DNA of 64,000 bases from a virus (taxonomy: Duplodnaviria; Heunggongvirae; Uroviricota; Caudoviricetes), in the IMG/VR virus record IMGVR_UViG_3300011727_000001, positions 19,900 through 83,899 of that record; one strand, given 5' to 3'. Below the pieces are notes generated by a model. It saw only the letters and a list, made by a program, of their open reading frames with translations. It was not told where the DNA came from and made no database searches. Positions within the stretch are counted from its first letter, which is position 1, and each line of letters opens with the position of its first letter. The position numbers and the translations under genes are program-made. This document shows, piece after piece, positions 25,806 to 34,673 of the stretch.

Positions 25806-26399
25806 TTAAGAATGGTATTTAGCTTTAAATCTATCAAAATCCGGATCGGTCTCTTTGAGGTGTGCATACAAAGCATAATTCACACGACAATGGGTTCCGG
25901 GCGTAAGTGCGCGGCGAGGGGTATAAGTTGCTGTTTCACGATTTTCAATATTGATAAGATTAGCGTCTAAGAGGGCGTGAAATTCAGGGTATTCATCGGT
26001 TAGTTCTGGGGAGAGAAATCTTCCGCTTGGCTTTACCACATACTCGCACATTAACCGCTTCGATCCATCGCTAAGACGATCTAAGTTTTCCAGTAGCATT
26101 TGAGAAACTAACTTATATTTTGTAGACTTTCTTTTCTTTTCCGCTCGCGCTTTGCTTACCTCTGCGAGCCATGCGTAGGTGTAAAAAAATATACCCCAAA
26201 TTATAAGCGCTGATGAAAATGCAAATACAATGTAAATGATAGGAAGAAAATAAGAACCAAACTCTTTCATATTTACAAAAGTAGAGTAGTCCAACAGTAT
26301 AAGTATTGCAGCCGAAACGGCGCCTATAAAACCATATTTAAATGGTTTTTCGACAATCTTATCGCTAGTATTTAGCAATTCATTGGGATTAATTATCAT
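25806..26399 (-). CDS. Membrane protein, paralogue A (N-terminal two TM segments plus cytoplasmic domain with a PSGRFLSPE motif)
   Basis: 197 aa. Shares the KPSGRFLSPELTDEYPEF block with the adjacent ORF. AT-rich DNA. Confidence 0.45.
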   Translation of the reverse strand: MIINPNELLNTSDKIVEKPFKYGFIGAVSAAILILLDYSTFVNMKEFGSYFLPIIYIVFAFSSALIIWGIFFYTYAWLAEVSKARAEKKRKSTKYKLVSQMLLENLDRLSDGSKRLMCEYVVKPSGRFLSPELTDEYPEFHALLDANLINIENRETATYTPRRALTPGTHCRVNYALYAHLKETDPDFDRFKAKYHS

Positions 26400-26411
26400 A
26401 GCGTTCCGCGC

Positions 26412-26963
26412 TCACTTCTTTTTATTATTGTAGTAAATGCGATTTACGCGGTATGGTTTTCCTGCAAAGGATGAGTGTATTGTATATATTCCATATGCTG
26501 AATCGCTTTCGCTTTCCTCACCTTCCACAAGATCAGCGGTGCATAATTCATCAAACGCATCACCCCATTCAGGTGAAAGAAATCTACCGCTTGGCTCCTT
26601 CATGTAAAGTTTAAGCATAGATTTTGCATTAGGGCTTAATCTATTAGCGTTTTCTATGAGGCGTTTAAGCTCCTCTTTATTCGCGGATCTGCTACTCCAC
26701 TTGGAGTAAATCCAAGTGAGCGATATTTTAAAAACGTCTCTTAGGGCGTATAAAATTCCAAAACCTATTAAAAAACACGACATTACGCCCAAAATACGCG
26801 CTAACGGCAGAACCCAACTGCCTATGTCATTGGCGTCTATTCCTCCGCTACTATGTAGGGTTTCCACGGTAAGTGCTAAAATAAATAAAACAAAGCCGTA
26901 TATGAGCGGTTTTGAAAGCATAGATTCGATTGTATTCAGCCAATCTTTAGGGTTCGCGCTCAT
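26412..26963 (-). CDS. Membrane protein, paralogue B
   Basis: 183 aa. EPSGRFLSPEWGDAFDEL block and the same TM topology as paralogue A. Confidence 0.45.
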   Translation of the reverse strand: MSANPKDWLNTIESMLSKPLIYGFVLFILALTVETLHSSGGIDANDIGSWVLPLARILGVMSCFLIGFGILYALRDVFKISLTWIYSKWSSRSANKEELKRLIENANRLSPNAKSMLKLYMKEPSGRFLSPEWGDAFDELCTADLVEGEESESDSAYGIYTIHSSFAGKPYRVNRIYYNNKKK

Positions 26964-27031
26964 ATCTGATCCATTATCGCCGATGTTCTATACTCATTAC
27001 CGATCAGCAACTTTTAAGTAAAGCCGCAGAT

Positions 27032-27379
27032 TTAGTAATCCGCGGCATAAAACACTGACATAATACGAACAGTTACATTAGGATCATCCGGATGCTCGGA
27101 GCCGGAGCGTTCATCAAGGGCGTAATAGTCAATCTTGAACATATAACGCTCGCCATCGACGGTAAAAACACCAAAGTCATGCTCATGATGCGGATCATCG
27201 CCATCTGGGAAGTCGTTAAAGGCTTTCATAGCGTCAACGATGGAAAAAAGCTTCTCAGCCGTTGGCATCTCGGTTGCGAGGGAGCCGGCGACCACGACAC
27301 GAGCGTTCAGACCAAATCCGGTCATGCGCAGTTGGTCGTTAAGCGCGCGGATGCGCAAGGTCTTTTCTTCGTCAGCCAT
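27032..27379 (-). CDS. Hypothetical acidic protein (start at MADEEK)
   Basis: ~115 aa. Confidence 0.35.
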   Translation of the reverse strand: MADEEKTLRIRALNDQLRMTGFGLNARVVVAGSLATEMPTAEKLFSIVDAMKAFNDFPDGDDPHHEHDFGVFTVDGERYMFKIDYYALDERSGSEHPDDPNVTVRIMSVFYAADY

Positions 27380-27602
27380 TATTCTGTTTCCTGTATGAGA
27401 TATAACATTGCTCTTCGGAAACCTGAGAGGACTCCACATCACGCATAGGCGCGCGATCAAGTTCGCCCGTTTTCGCCCAGTCCTTTAGAAGCCGCTTGTG
27501 GAGCTCAACAGCTTCCTCTTCCGATCTGGCAAAAACTTCATCAGTAAAAACCGCGACCACTCTGAATGCTTGACCTTCTGATTTATCAGTCACCACATAT
27601 CC
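27372..27602 (-). CDS. Hypothetical protein (~76 aa, probable GTG start)
   Basis: Only the C-terminal ~75 aa of the 187-aa track ORF look protein-like. GGAGGA RBS and a GTG start overlap the upstream stop. Confidence 0.3.
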   Translation of the reverse strand, partial: GYVVTDKSEGQAFRVVAVFTDEVFARSEEEAVELHKRLLKDWAKTGELDRAPMRDVESSQVSEEQCYISYRKQNNG

Positions 27603-27865
27603 TCCGAATATAACTCTGGTGTTGGTTTGTCTTTGATCTGTCCGGCGCGAATAGCGATGTAATAAGCTTCGACGCGGCCGACATATCGTCCGGTGTTGGT
27701 GAGAAAGCCTTGCAGCTGTGGGATAGCGCCTGTTCCCTCGATACCCATGGATAGATCCATCGCGGCGATGATCGTGTGATGTCGGGCAGGGGGAGGAAGT
27801 GAGATAATCGCCCCGTAATAGATAGCGGCTGCCACAATACGCTCTTCTGTGACGGGTTTCGTCAT
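27590..27865 (-). CDS. Hypothetical protein
   Basis: 91 aa. Confidence 0.35.
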   Translation of the reverse strand: MTKPVTEERIVAAAIYYGAIISLPPPARHHTIIAAMDLSMGIEGTGAIPQLQGFLTNTGRYVGRVEAYYIAIRAGQIKDKPTPELYSEDMW

Positions 27866-28131
27866 GCGTCACCAATATGTTCAAGGATGAGCAATCGTGC
27901 GCCGTCAACGCTTGGCGCCTCAGAGAAATCCTCATCTGTGTTATCGGTGAGCCAGGCTTGAAGCTGATCGGCGAGACGGCGCAGCTCCGTTTCGGGGCGA
28001 TGAAGCTCTATCTTTTCAAAAGCGGAATTGGACTGTGCGACGAATTCATGCGCCGCCGCTTCTGAACCTGCTACAAACAGGCAAAGATCGTTACACCACA
28101 CTTCATCGTCATGTTGGACATGATACCTCAT
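27862..28131 (-). CDS. Hypothetical protein
   Basis: 89 aa, acidic. Confidence 0.35.
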   Translation of the reverse strand: MRYHVQHDDEVWCNDLCLFVAGSEAAAHEFVAQSNSAFEKIELHRPETELRRLADQLQAWLTDNTDEDFSEAPSVDGARLLILEHIGDA

Positions 28132-28132
28132 A

Positions 28133-28330
28133 TCACCACCAATCCGGCGATAGCTTCATGCCATTGCCTTCGATTGCGCGACGGGCTGCGCCATCGATAT
28201 TCTTGATCTGCTCAAGATTGATCAGCTTAATAGGGTTAGCCTGCTTCTTACGCTCAAGATTACGTTTCGTAAGGAGACCGGCGATGTATCCGCGTTTGAA
28301 GGCGAATTTTGCACGTATATTAGTTTTCAT
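28133..28330 (-). CDS. Small basic hypothetical protein
   Basis: 65 aa. Confidence 0.3.
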   Translation of the reverse strand: MKTNIRAKFAFKRGYIAGLLTKRNLERKKQANPIKLINLEQIKNIDGAARRAIEGNGMKLSPDWW

Positions 28331-28761
28331 TAAAACCTCCCAAAATGAGGGGTGAGTTTGCGCTGATCATCAACCAAGCCTTTAATCAGACGGTCGTGCA
28401 TTGGCTTTGCGATTGCTTTAGCGATCGCCAGTGATGCGTATTCACCGCCAACAGACCGATCTCCTACCTTGATGGTGTAGAAGATCCGTAGCCCGGCTTT
28501 TGGGTTAGGATTGCGCGGATCGTGGCGCTCGCCTCTGATCTGGTAAATATCGACGTTGGCGGCCGGATAGCGTTCGTCCTTGTAGGAGAACTCTGGCGCC
28601 GCTCTTGGTATCGACAGAACAGGACTGAATAGTTCGTCCATAGTGAGAAGCGAGACAGGACGGCCGAGTGAGAAGGGCGGAGAGCTTTTTAAAATCTCCG
28701 TAATGAGAGATTTCCTGCTTTGTCTTCCCATCATCGCAGTTACAAGATCACTCAGAGCCAT
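28330..28761 (-). CDS. Hypothetical protein
   Basis: 143 aa. Confidence 0.35.
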   Translation of the reverse strand: MALSDLVTAMMGRQSRKSLITEILKSSPPFSLGRPVSLLTMDELFSPVLSIPRAAPEFSYKDERYPAANVDIYQIRGERHDPRNPNPKAGLRIFYTIKVGDRSVGGEYASLAIAKAIAKPMHDRLIKGLVDDQRKLTPHFGRF

Positions 28762-28982
28762 TTCGGCACCGCGTAAACGATTTTGTCATAGGAAATATAA
28801 AAAACTGTGCCGACGATAAATCCGGGAACAACCTTCGTAGTCTCAAGAGTGAGAAAGGTATTATGTTCGCAGTTTAAAACTTTACCAACGATTTCAACGC
28901 CGCTCGTTAGGCCAATAGATAGCGTATAGGAGCGTTTATCAGCCTTATTATGGATCGTTTTGATTGCCAGAAACATACTCAT
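28752..28982 (-). CDS. Hypothetical protein
   Basis: 76 aa. Confidence 0.3.
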   Translation of the reverse strand: MSMFLAIKTIHNKADKRSYTLSIGLTSGVEIVGKVLNCEHNTFLTLETTKVVPGFIVGTVFYISYDKIVYAVPKWL

Positions 28983-29188
28983 GCTAATACCTCGCGGCGC
29001 GCACGACGGATTTGCGCGATAATGTTTTTCATCGCCCGACGATTGCTATCAGTGCATCGAAAAGGAAGGATACCGGCCAACTGACCGGCTATTCTTATGT
29101 GAAAATGTCTTGTTCCGCGCTCGACGCTCCAGTCATCACCCTTATCGAGTTCCTCACGTAACTGAGCCGGTATGCGAAAGTTGCTCAT
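28979..29188 (-). CDS. Hypothetical protein
   Basis: 69 aa. Confidence 0.3.
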   Translation of the reverse strand: MSNFRIPAQLREELDKGDDWSVERGTRHFHIRIAGQLAGILPFRCTDSNRRAMKNIIAQIRRARREVLA

Positions 29189-29409
29189 TAAGCGGCACCC
29201 CCTGGGAAAGGCACAACTTGAGCGGAAGTCGAATTCTCCTTCGGCGCAACTTCGAGCGGCATATCCTCTGCTGAAAGCAGTTGCACCGCGGATAAAGTTA
29301 TCCGTGCGCCACCTATGTTTGCTTGCAGAGCAAAACTGTTATCGCCTTGCTGCTTTAGCCTAAGTTTGCCAGACGCAAAGGCTGCTTCTAATAGGGCGTC
29401 AATTAACAC
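29188..29409 (-). CDS. Hypothetical protein
   Basis: 73 aa. Confidence 0.3.
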   Translation of the reverse strand: MLIDALLEAAFASGKLRLKQQGDNSFALQANIGGARITLSAVQLLSAEDMPLEVAPKENSTSAQVVPFPGGAA

Positions 29410-29418
29410 TTCTTACTC

Positions 29419-29450
29419 CTTATAAGTCATCAATTACTTATTTATAGCAG
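29419..29450 (-). promoter_or_regulatory. Promoter-like motif
   Basis: CCTTATAAGTCATCAATTACTTATTTATAGCAG. Confidence 0.45.
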
Positions 29451-29475
29451 AAGCGAAGTTGGATAACTTATGGGT

Positions 29476-29718
29476 TTATTCTGAGGTCGCTAATCTCCGC
29501 TCTGACCAGTTGTTAAATGCTTGGTCTGAATTAGGTTGTGTCAGGTTTATAGCGGATTGAACGGCATTAATAAGCGCGCCTCTGTCAGCTTCGCTATACT
29601 CTGCAAGGCTGCTTTTAATAGGGCATTCACGATCCGGATAGCGAGCCACATAGGAACGACGCATAGAGCGAAGAAATCCCTCGGCGGCAAACTCAAGGCG
29701 CAGTCGGCTCAAGTTCAA
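29476..29718 (-). CDS. Hypothetical protein
   Basis: 80 aa. Confidence 0.3.
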   Translation of the reverse strand: MNLSRLRLEFAAEGFLRSMRRSYVARYPDRECPIKSSLAEYSEADRGALINAVQSAINLTQPNSDQAFNNWSERRLATSE

Positions 29719-30073
29719 TTTTCAACTCCTTCAGCAATCGGCGAACATCAACATAAGTCCACTCTTTGCGGTATTTTGCAGGGCCGTAGTCGGTTTTGTT
29801 TAGCTCTATAGCAATCTCATGACCGTTTGCGTCCGCTTTTAGTCTGCGAACATTGACGATCACCGGTAGCAGAGCCGCTATCATCTCCTCGTGATATTTT
29901 CGGCGCGCTGCGTTCATCGCCGGAACAGCGGCGGCACCGCGCTCCTTAGGGGTCATAGGGCGACGAATAAGCACCATTCCGGGCGCAAGGTGTTCAATCA
30001 GGGTGGGATCGGCCGCCAAGGCTTGCTTGACGACCATCAGTGCCTTTCGCAGATCAATGTCGGATTGCATCAT
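29693..30073 (-). CDS. Hypothetical protein
   Basis: 126 aa. Confidence 0.35.
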   Translation of the reverse strand: MMQSDIDLRKALMVVKQALAADPTLIEHLAPGMVLIRRPMTPKERGAAAVPAMNAARRKYHEEMIAALLPVIVNVRRLKADANGHEIAIELNKTDYGPAKYRKEWTYVDVRRLLKELKIELEPTAP

Positions 30074-30377
30074 GCGCCTGCTCAGCGTCGATTACGCCGT
30101 TTGCGACATCGTAAAGGATCGCCATGAGTTGTTCATTGTTGAGGGCGATTGAGATAGCCATAAGTTTCTTACCTATCTCAATTTGTTTCAGCTCACGCTC
30201 ACCCCACTGTTCCGGATCGTTTAGAAGAGGCGAGAGCCCGGTTGAGAAAATTTCCGCTGTTCCATCAGCTCGAAGCACCACTCCGCAGTCACCTTCGCTA
30301 ATCAATGGCTTGTTTGATTCCGATTTTGCGGTTAGTGTAGTGAACAAACTGGGAACATTTGCACAAGGCATACGCAT
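30054..30377 (-). CDS. Hypothetical protein
   Basis: 107 aa. Confidence 0.35.
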   Translation of the reverse strand: MRMPCANVPSLFTTLTAKSESNKPLISEGDCGVVLRADGTAEIFSTGLSPLLNDPEQWGERELKQIEIGKKLMAISIALNNEQLMAILYDVANGVIDAEQAHDAIRH

Positions 30378-30565
30378 AAACTCCTGATATTGCTGTATTT
30401 TAATAAGTGTTCTTATTTTATTATAGCAAATTAAAATCGGGTCTCTGCGGAGATAATAATCGCGGAATTTGCACTGTAAGAATTGATTTTCCGGTCAAAG
30501 ATTAACGTGTTTGAGTTTTAAACAAGTTTTTAAGCTCATGTAAAAGTTTGGAGGTCGCTAAGTAA

Positions 30566-30778
30566 ATGCAGGAGCAGAAATTTGAAGGCGAAGTTAGCGC
30601 GCTTTGGATTACTATTATTGATGCCGTTGAAGGACATTTTGCAAGTCGCGGAATGACATTTTCGCGAGAGGCTTATTTAAATCAAGCCTCCGCGGATCAT
30701 GAACAAATGTGCCGAGAATTGCTGTTCTTCGGCACAGATACGTTTCCAACAGTATCGGAAAATGTGTTAGCGGCTTAA
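30566..30778 (+). CDS. Small hypothetical protein on the plus strand
   Basis: 70 aa. AT-rich upstream region (30380-30560). Confidence 0.3.
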   Translation: MQEQKFEGEVSALWITIIDAVEGHFASRGMTFSREAYLNQASADHEQMCRELLFFGTDTFPTVSENVLAA

Positions 30779-31029
30779 TTCGGCTGCGCTTCTAGCTCTT
30801 TAAGTGCTTTTGTGAGTTCAAAGTCACCCACGGTTGAACATACACGGCGCTCGAAAAGAATAATTTTACCATCTTCAGTATGGCGTGGGGGCGTAATGGT
30901 TTCGTTTAGAGCTTTAGCACGCTCGTCACATACATCAATCGGGGTGATAGATAACACTTTCGCCTCGACCGTAGGCTCTGCTCCGCCTCCAAGCATTTGA
31001 ATTAAAATCATTACGCCCGCTAACTTCAT
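30775..31029 (-). CDS. Small secreted protein (signal peptide)
   Basis: MKLAGVMILIQMLGGGAEP. Confidence 0.35.
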   Translation of the reverse strand: MKLAGVMILIQMLGGGAEPTVEAKVLSITPIDVCDERAKALNETITPPRHTEDGKIILFERRVCSTVGDFELTKALKELEAQPN

Positions 31030-31048
31030 ACTCAGTCCGCTTCCATTG

Positions 31049-31345
31049 CTATGTGCCTCGTTTCGAGGCCCAGTTCCGTTTCAACTCTATTATACCTTTT
31101 AGCGCAGCGTGATGCTCATACTTGGGATGACGGCGCCAGAAGGCTAGTGATTTCTCACACTGAACCAGTTCTTTTTCCGCCTGTCTTTTATCTGCAACGG
31201 TAGAAAGAGGATTGTCGCGAACAAATATGAGGAAGAGCTGCTGATCGTAATGTTTGAGATAGTGCTTTGTGCCATCCCAATTCCAAGGATTCAAGGCCGG
31301 TCGTGCTGAACCCGCTGTTCTTGACGTGTTATAAAAGAAAGTCAT
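31049..31345 (-). CDS. Hypothetical protein
   Basis: 98 aa. Confidence 0.35.
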   Translation of the reverse strand: MTFFYNTSRTAGSARPALNPWNWDGTKHYLKHYDQQLFLIFVRDNPLSTVADKRQAEKELVQCEKSLAFWRRHPKYEHHAALKGIIELKRNWASKRGT

Positions 31346-31501
31346 TTCATGCCTCGCTATTTAGCTTTATCGCTATTTAGATAATAAGCTAACAAACGAC
31401 GGCAGACGGCTGGAGACTTAAGGCGCACCCATGGGACGCGCCGGCCAGCAAAAAGCCCAGAGCTTTAACTCTGGGCTTCTCGCTGCGTCTGGGAGGACGG
31501 C

Positions 31502-32365
31502 TTATCGGATATTCAGAAATGGAACGGTTGAGCCGGGAACGAACTGCTGCGGCAGAGCGCCATCCCATTTTTGAGCTTTCGTCAGTTCAACCAGATTAGG
31601 ACTATCACGCAAGGCGTCTGATTTTGCTTTAATAGCCGACGCCTCCGCTTCACCTTTTAGACGAGTGGATTCGGCTTCAGCGGCTGCTTCCGCAAGTTTA
31701 ACCTTCGCATTTGCTTCCGCTTCATTTACCCGGATCTGGTTGTCAACTTCGGCGCGTTTCAACTCTTCACGACGTGTATTTGTTGCCATTTCAGCTCTGG
31801 CGCGATCTTCGGCTGCTCGCTCGACGGTATCGGAAAAATTGATATTCTCGATATTGATACCTTCGATCTTAATCTGACGATCGCCGATAACAGCAACAGC
31901 TGAGGATAGCTCGGTATTCAAACGGCCACGTTCGCGAATAGCAGCTTCTGCATTGAATTTGCCAAATACGCTTTTGATATGCTCACGAACCTGACGTTTA
32001 AGAACGCGATCTTCAAATCCGGCAAGCGTCTGATATTCCCGGTAGACAGACATAATCACATCGTCGGTGGAAACCGGGGCGTAATTGATTGAGAAGGTTA
32101 CATTCGCTGTCTGGCGATCTGAGGTGTAAACCGGCTCATTCGGAAATTCGATAACCTGGGTGCGTGTGGAGATGTATTTCACATCGTCAATGAATGGCTT
32201 TTTAAGGTGAAAGCCTGGCTGGGCAACACCGGCGATTTTACCCTGACTGACGATAACACCGCGCTCACCTTCATCGACGGTGTAGAACGAACCACCGAGA
32301 AGTCCGATAGCGAAAATTGCGACAATGCCAGCTACAATAAGCTTTGCGATGGATGATGGTTTCAT
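31502..32365 (-). CDS. SPFH/band-7 (prohibitin/HflKC-like) membrane protein
   Basis: N-terminal TM, then YTVDEGERGVIVSQGK and an SPFH core, then a coiled-coil Ala/Glu-rich tail. Confidence 0.7.
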   Translation of the reverse strand: MKPSSIAKLIVAGIVAIFAIGLLGGSFYTVDEGERGVIVSQGKIAGVAQPGFHLKKPFIDDVKYISTRTQVIEFPNEPVYTSDRQTANVTFSINYAPVSTDDVIMSVYREYQTLAGFEDRVLKRQVREHIKSVFGKFNAEAAIRERGRLNTELSSAVAVIGDRQIKIEGINIENINFSDTVERAAEDRARAEMATNTRREELKRAEVDNQIRVNEAEANAKVKLAEAAAEAESTRLKGEAEASAIKAKSDALRDSPNLVELTKAQKWDGALPQQFVPGSTVPFLNIR

Positions 32366-32478
32366 TTCTTGCCTTTCTTGGCAGTTGATTTGGAGAAATA
32401 ATCGAGAATTACTTTGACGCCTGTGGCTACCAGCACGGCAACGACGATGGCGCCTAAGACGGTCAGGAAGAACATTGG
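32362..32478 (-). CDS. Small TM peptide (38 aa) coupled to the SPFH gene
   Basis: MFFLTVLGAIVVAVLVATGVKV.... Overlaps the SPFH start (ATGA). Confidence 0.3.
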   Translation of the reverse strand, partial: PMFFLTVLGAIVVAVLVATGVKVILDYFSKSTAKKGKK

Positions 32479-32485
32479 AGCCTCC

Positions 32486-32616
32486 TAGAAAATCAGCTTA
32501 ACGAGGCCGATACAGCCAATAAGCAAGGCGAAAGCGACGGCCAGAAACACCGGACCGTAATTACCGTTAAACGCGGTTCCGTTTTCGTTGATGGTGTTCA
32601 TATCTTCGGGTTTCAT
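32486..32616 (-). CDS. Small TM peptide (43 aa)
   Basis: MKPEDMNTINENGTAFNGNYGPVFLAVAFALLIGCIGLVKLIF. Confidence 0.3.
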
Positions 32617-32707
32617 GACGGGCTTTCCTGAACATCAAAGCGGCACTCATCACCAAGCCGAGTAGAAGAGTTCCAATCCAGATGGTGATGAGGCGCTCAA
32701 GCATTGA

Positions 32708-33109
32708 TTAACCCAGTGTTGGGCGGTGGCCGGCTTTAGCAGCTGCAACTGCCTGACCGATGATATCTGCGATCACATGAGCCGGATGGAGACCGTCACC
32801 GATGTCCATGATGCTGACTGAAACCACCGGCTCTTCGCATGTAGAGCAGCAACCGGCTTCCGCTTCTTCATCAGCGTCTTCCACACCAAGTTCTGTCAGT
32901 TCATCGCAAAGATCCTGCTCGGCGACACCGGCGTCGAAAGAGAGAAGCTTGGTGATTGTGGCGAGGGTTTCAGCTGTAACTGGAATAGCCAGACCGGGAT
33001 TTGCACGGGTCGAAACGATGATGCCGCTTTCCATATCTTTCAGAACGCGACGAGCGCCGGCGAGCTGGGTTTTAACTTTGACGGCTTTTTCCAAGTTATT
33101 GATGTGCAT
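32708..33109 (-). CDS. Hypothetical protein
   Basis: 133 aa, acidic, Cys cluster. Confidence 0.35.
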   Translation of the reverse strand: MHINNLEKAVKVKTQLAGARRVLKDMESGIIVSTRANPGLAIPVTAETLATITKLLSFDAGVAEQDLCDELTELGVEDADEEAEAGCCSTCEEPVVSVSIMDIGDGLHPAHVIADIIGQAVAAAKAGHRPTLG

Positions 33110-33156
33110 GTCGCACTCCTTTTGATTTATCAGGGTAAGTAGCTGAGCTAAATAAA

Positions 33157-33187
33157 TTAACTCAGCGCTTACTTATTTTATAGCAAA
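33157..33187 (-). promoter_or_regulatory. Promoter-like motif
   Basis: TTAACTCAGCGCTTACTTATTTTATAGCAAAC. Confidence 0.45.
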
Positions 33188-33221
33188 CAAAATTCAGGAA
33201 TACATGAGGTTAGTTCAGGTA

Positions 33222-34664
33222 TTATGCGACTTTTTGTTGGGTTGTTTCATTAAAGCCAAGGCGAAGATCCAGCGCGTAACCGGCCTCATCACTGCGTTTA
33301 CGAACGGCTTCGAAGCTTTCACCTTCATAGTGACCATTCATATAGATCACCTTCAGGGCGTTGGCGTCGATCTGCTCCGGCGTGGCTTCACTTTCTTTCA
33401 GAACCACACTGGTATTGCCATCGCGAAGAACGATCTGACGACCAGCCTTGGACGTCTTAGAGGGATCGGTCGCTGGCTTTTTCTGAATATCTTCCCAGCC
33501 TGCACCGGTAGAAATTGCGTTGGCTTTCATGGCGAAATTCAGATCGTTACGAGTATGGCTTTGCAGCAATCCGCCGCCCATACCAAATGCGATATTGTCG
33601 ATGGAGAAACCAGCTGCAGCCATTTCAACCATAAGATTAGCAATCGATTCCGCGTTCATACCGTCGCCTTGAATGACGCCGACTTTCGAGTTCAGAACGC
33701 GATGACCTTTGCTGTTCACGGTGCCGCCGAATTTATCCCAAAGGATTTGCAGCGTTTTGATTGGTGTAAGAACCGGGTCTCCCGAATCCGGACGCACAAT
33801 CAGTTTCCCGCCGATCTTCATGATCTTATCGCGCAGCTCGCCGCCGTAGATATTTTCCAGGGCGTTAAACAGATCATAGCTGTCTGAAACAACCGAGAAC
33901 ATACCGTCCCCAAAGGCGTCGATCATATTGCTATAAGCTTTCGCCTCGCCATCGCGACCCCAAGAGGTCATAGTCGAGTGCTCTGAGGCAGGGATCGAAT
34001 AACCGGCGCAGATATTCCGATCATTATAAATACGGCGAACCGCGAGAAGTCCTTCGATCGTATCTGTGCCTTGGAAGTTAATCAGGTGCGCCATTGCGCC
34101 CAGACCGGCAGATTCACCGCTCGATACACCGCGTCCGCCGAAGTCATGCAATTTGAACGGCAGACCGTCCAGGTTATCGCATGTAAGGCGCATCATTCCC
34201 CGGATCATCGCTTTGACGTGGAAAGAGGTTGTCGCAACAGAGGTAGGATACCAGATGGCGCGAAGCATTGCTGTTTCAACGAAGCTTGTCAGCCAAGGCA
34301 GATCAGGGTCAGTGTTGCGAACCTGAACCAGAGGCACGCTCTTTTCCACATAGCTGCCTTCTGGCAGCGATTGAATCTCCAACGGCAGGTAACCGTTGTG
34401 CTTCATCACAATGTGCTCCCAGCCAGCGCGATTGAACGGCAGACCGTGTGTCTTCATCAACGCTTCGGCTTCGTCAATCATTGATGGCGTGATCTGATGC
34501 ATCAGATAATCGCGAATGAAGGCGTGAATGCCGACAAACAGGACGCCGCCTGGCTGATCAGTTGGGCGGGATTCGATATACGAGGACATGAACTTTGTGT
34601 TCGGCGGCAGCTGGAGAAAATGCGAGTGCTTATAGCTATCACTCGCCAGAATGATATTCGTCAT
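33222..34664 (-). CDS. nadV: Nicotinamide phosphoribosyltransferase (NAMPT/NadV family)
   Basis: 480 aa. N-terminal NIILASDSYKHSHF...PPNT matches the NAMPT NILLATDSYK signature. Length fits. Confidence 0.8.
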   Translation of the reverse strand: MTNIILASDSYKHSHFLQLPPNTKFMSSYIESRPTDQPGGVLFVGIHAFIRDYLMHQITPSMIDEAEALMKTHGLPFNRAGWEHIVMKHNGYLPLEIQSLPEGSYVEKSVPLVQVRNTDPDLPWLTSFVETAMLRAIWYPTSVATTSFHVKAMIRGMMRLTCDNLDGLPFKLHDFGGRGVSSGESAGLGAMAHLINFQGTDTIEGLLAVRRIYNDRNICAGYSIPASEHSTMTSWGRDGEAKAYSNMIDAFGDGMFSVVSDSYDLFNALENIYGGELRDKIMKIGGKLIVRPDSGDPVLTPIKTLQILWDKFGGTVNSKGHRVLNSKVGVIQGDGMNAESIANLMVEMAAAGFSIDNIAFGMGGGLLQSHTRNDLNFAMKANAISTGAGWEDIQKKPATDPSKTSKAGRQIVLRDGNTSVVLKESEATPEQIDANALKVIYMNGHYEGESFEAVRKRSDEAGYALDLRLGFNETTQQKVA

Positions 34665-34673
34665 AGTAACCTC

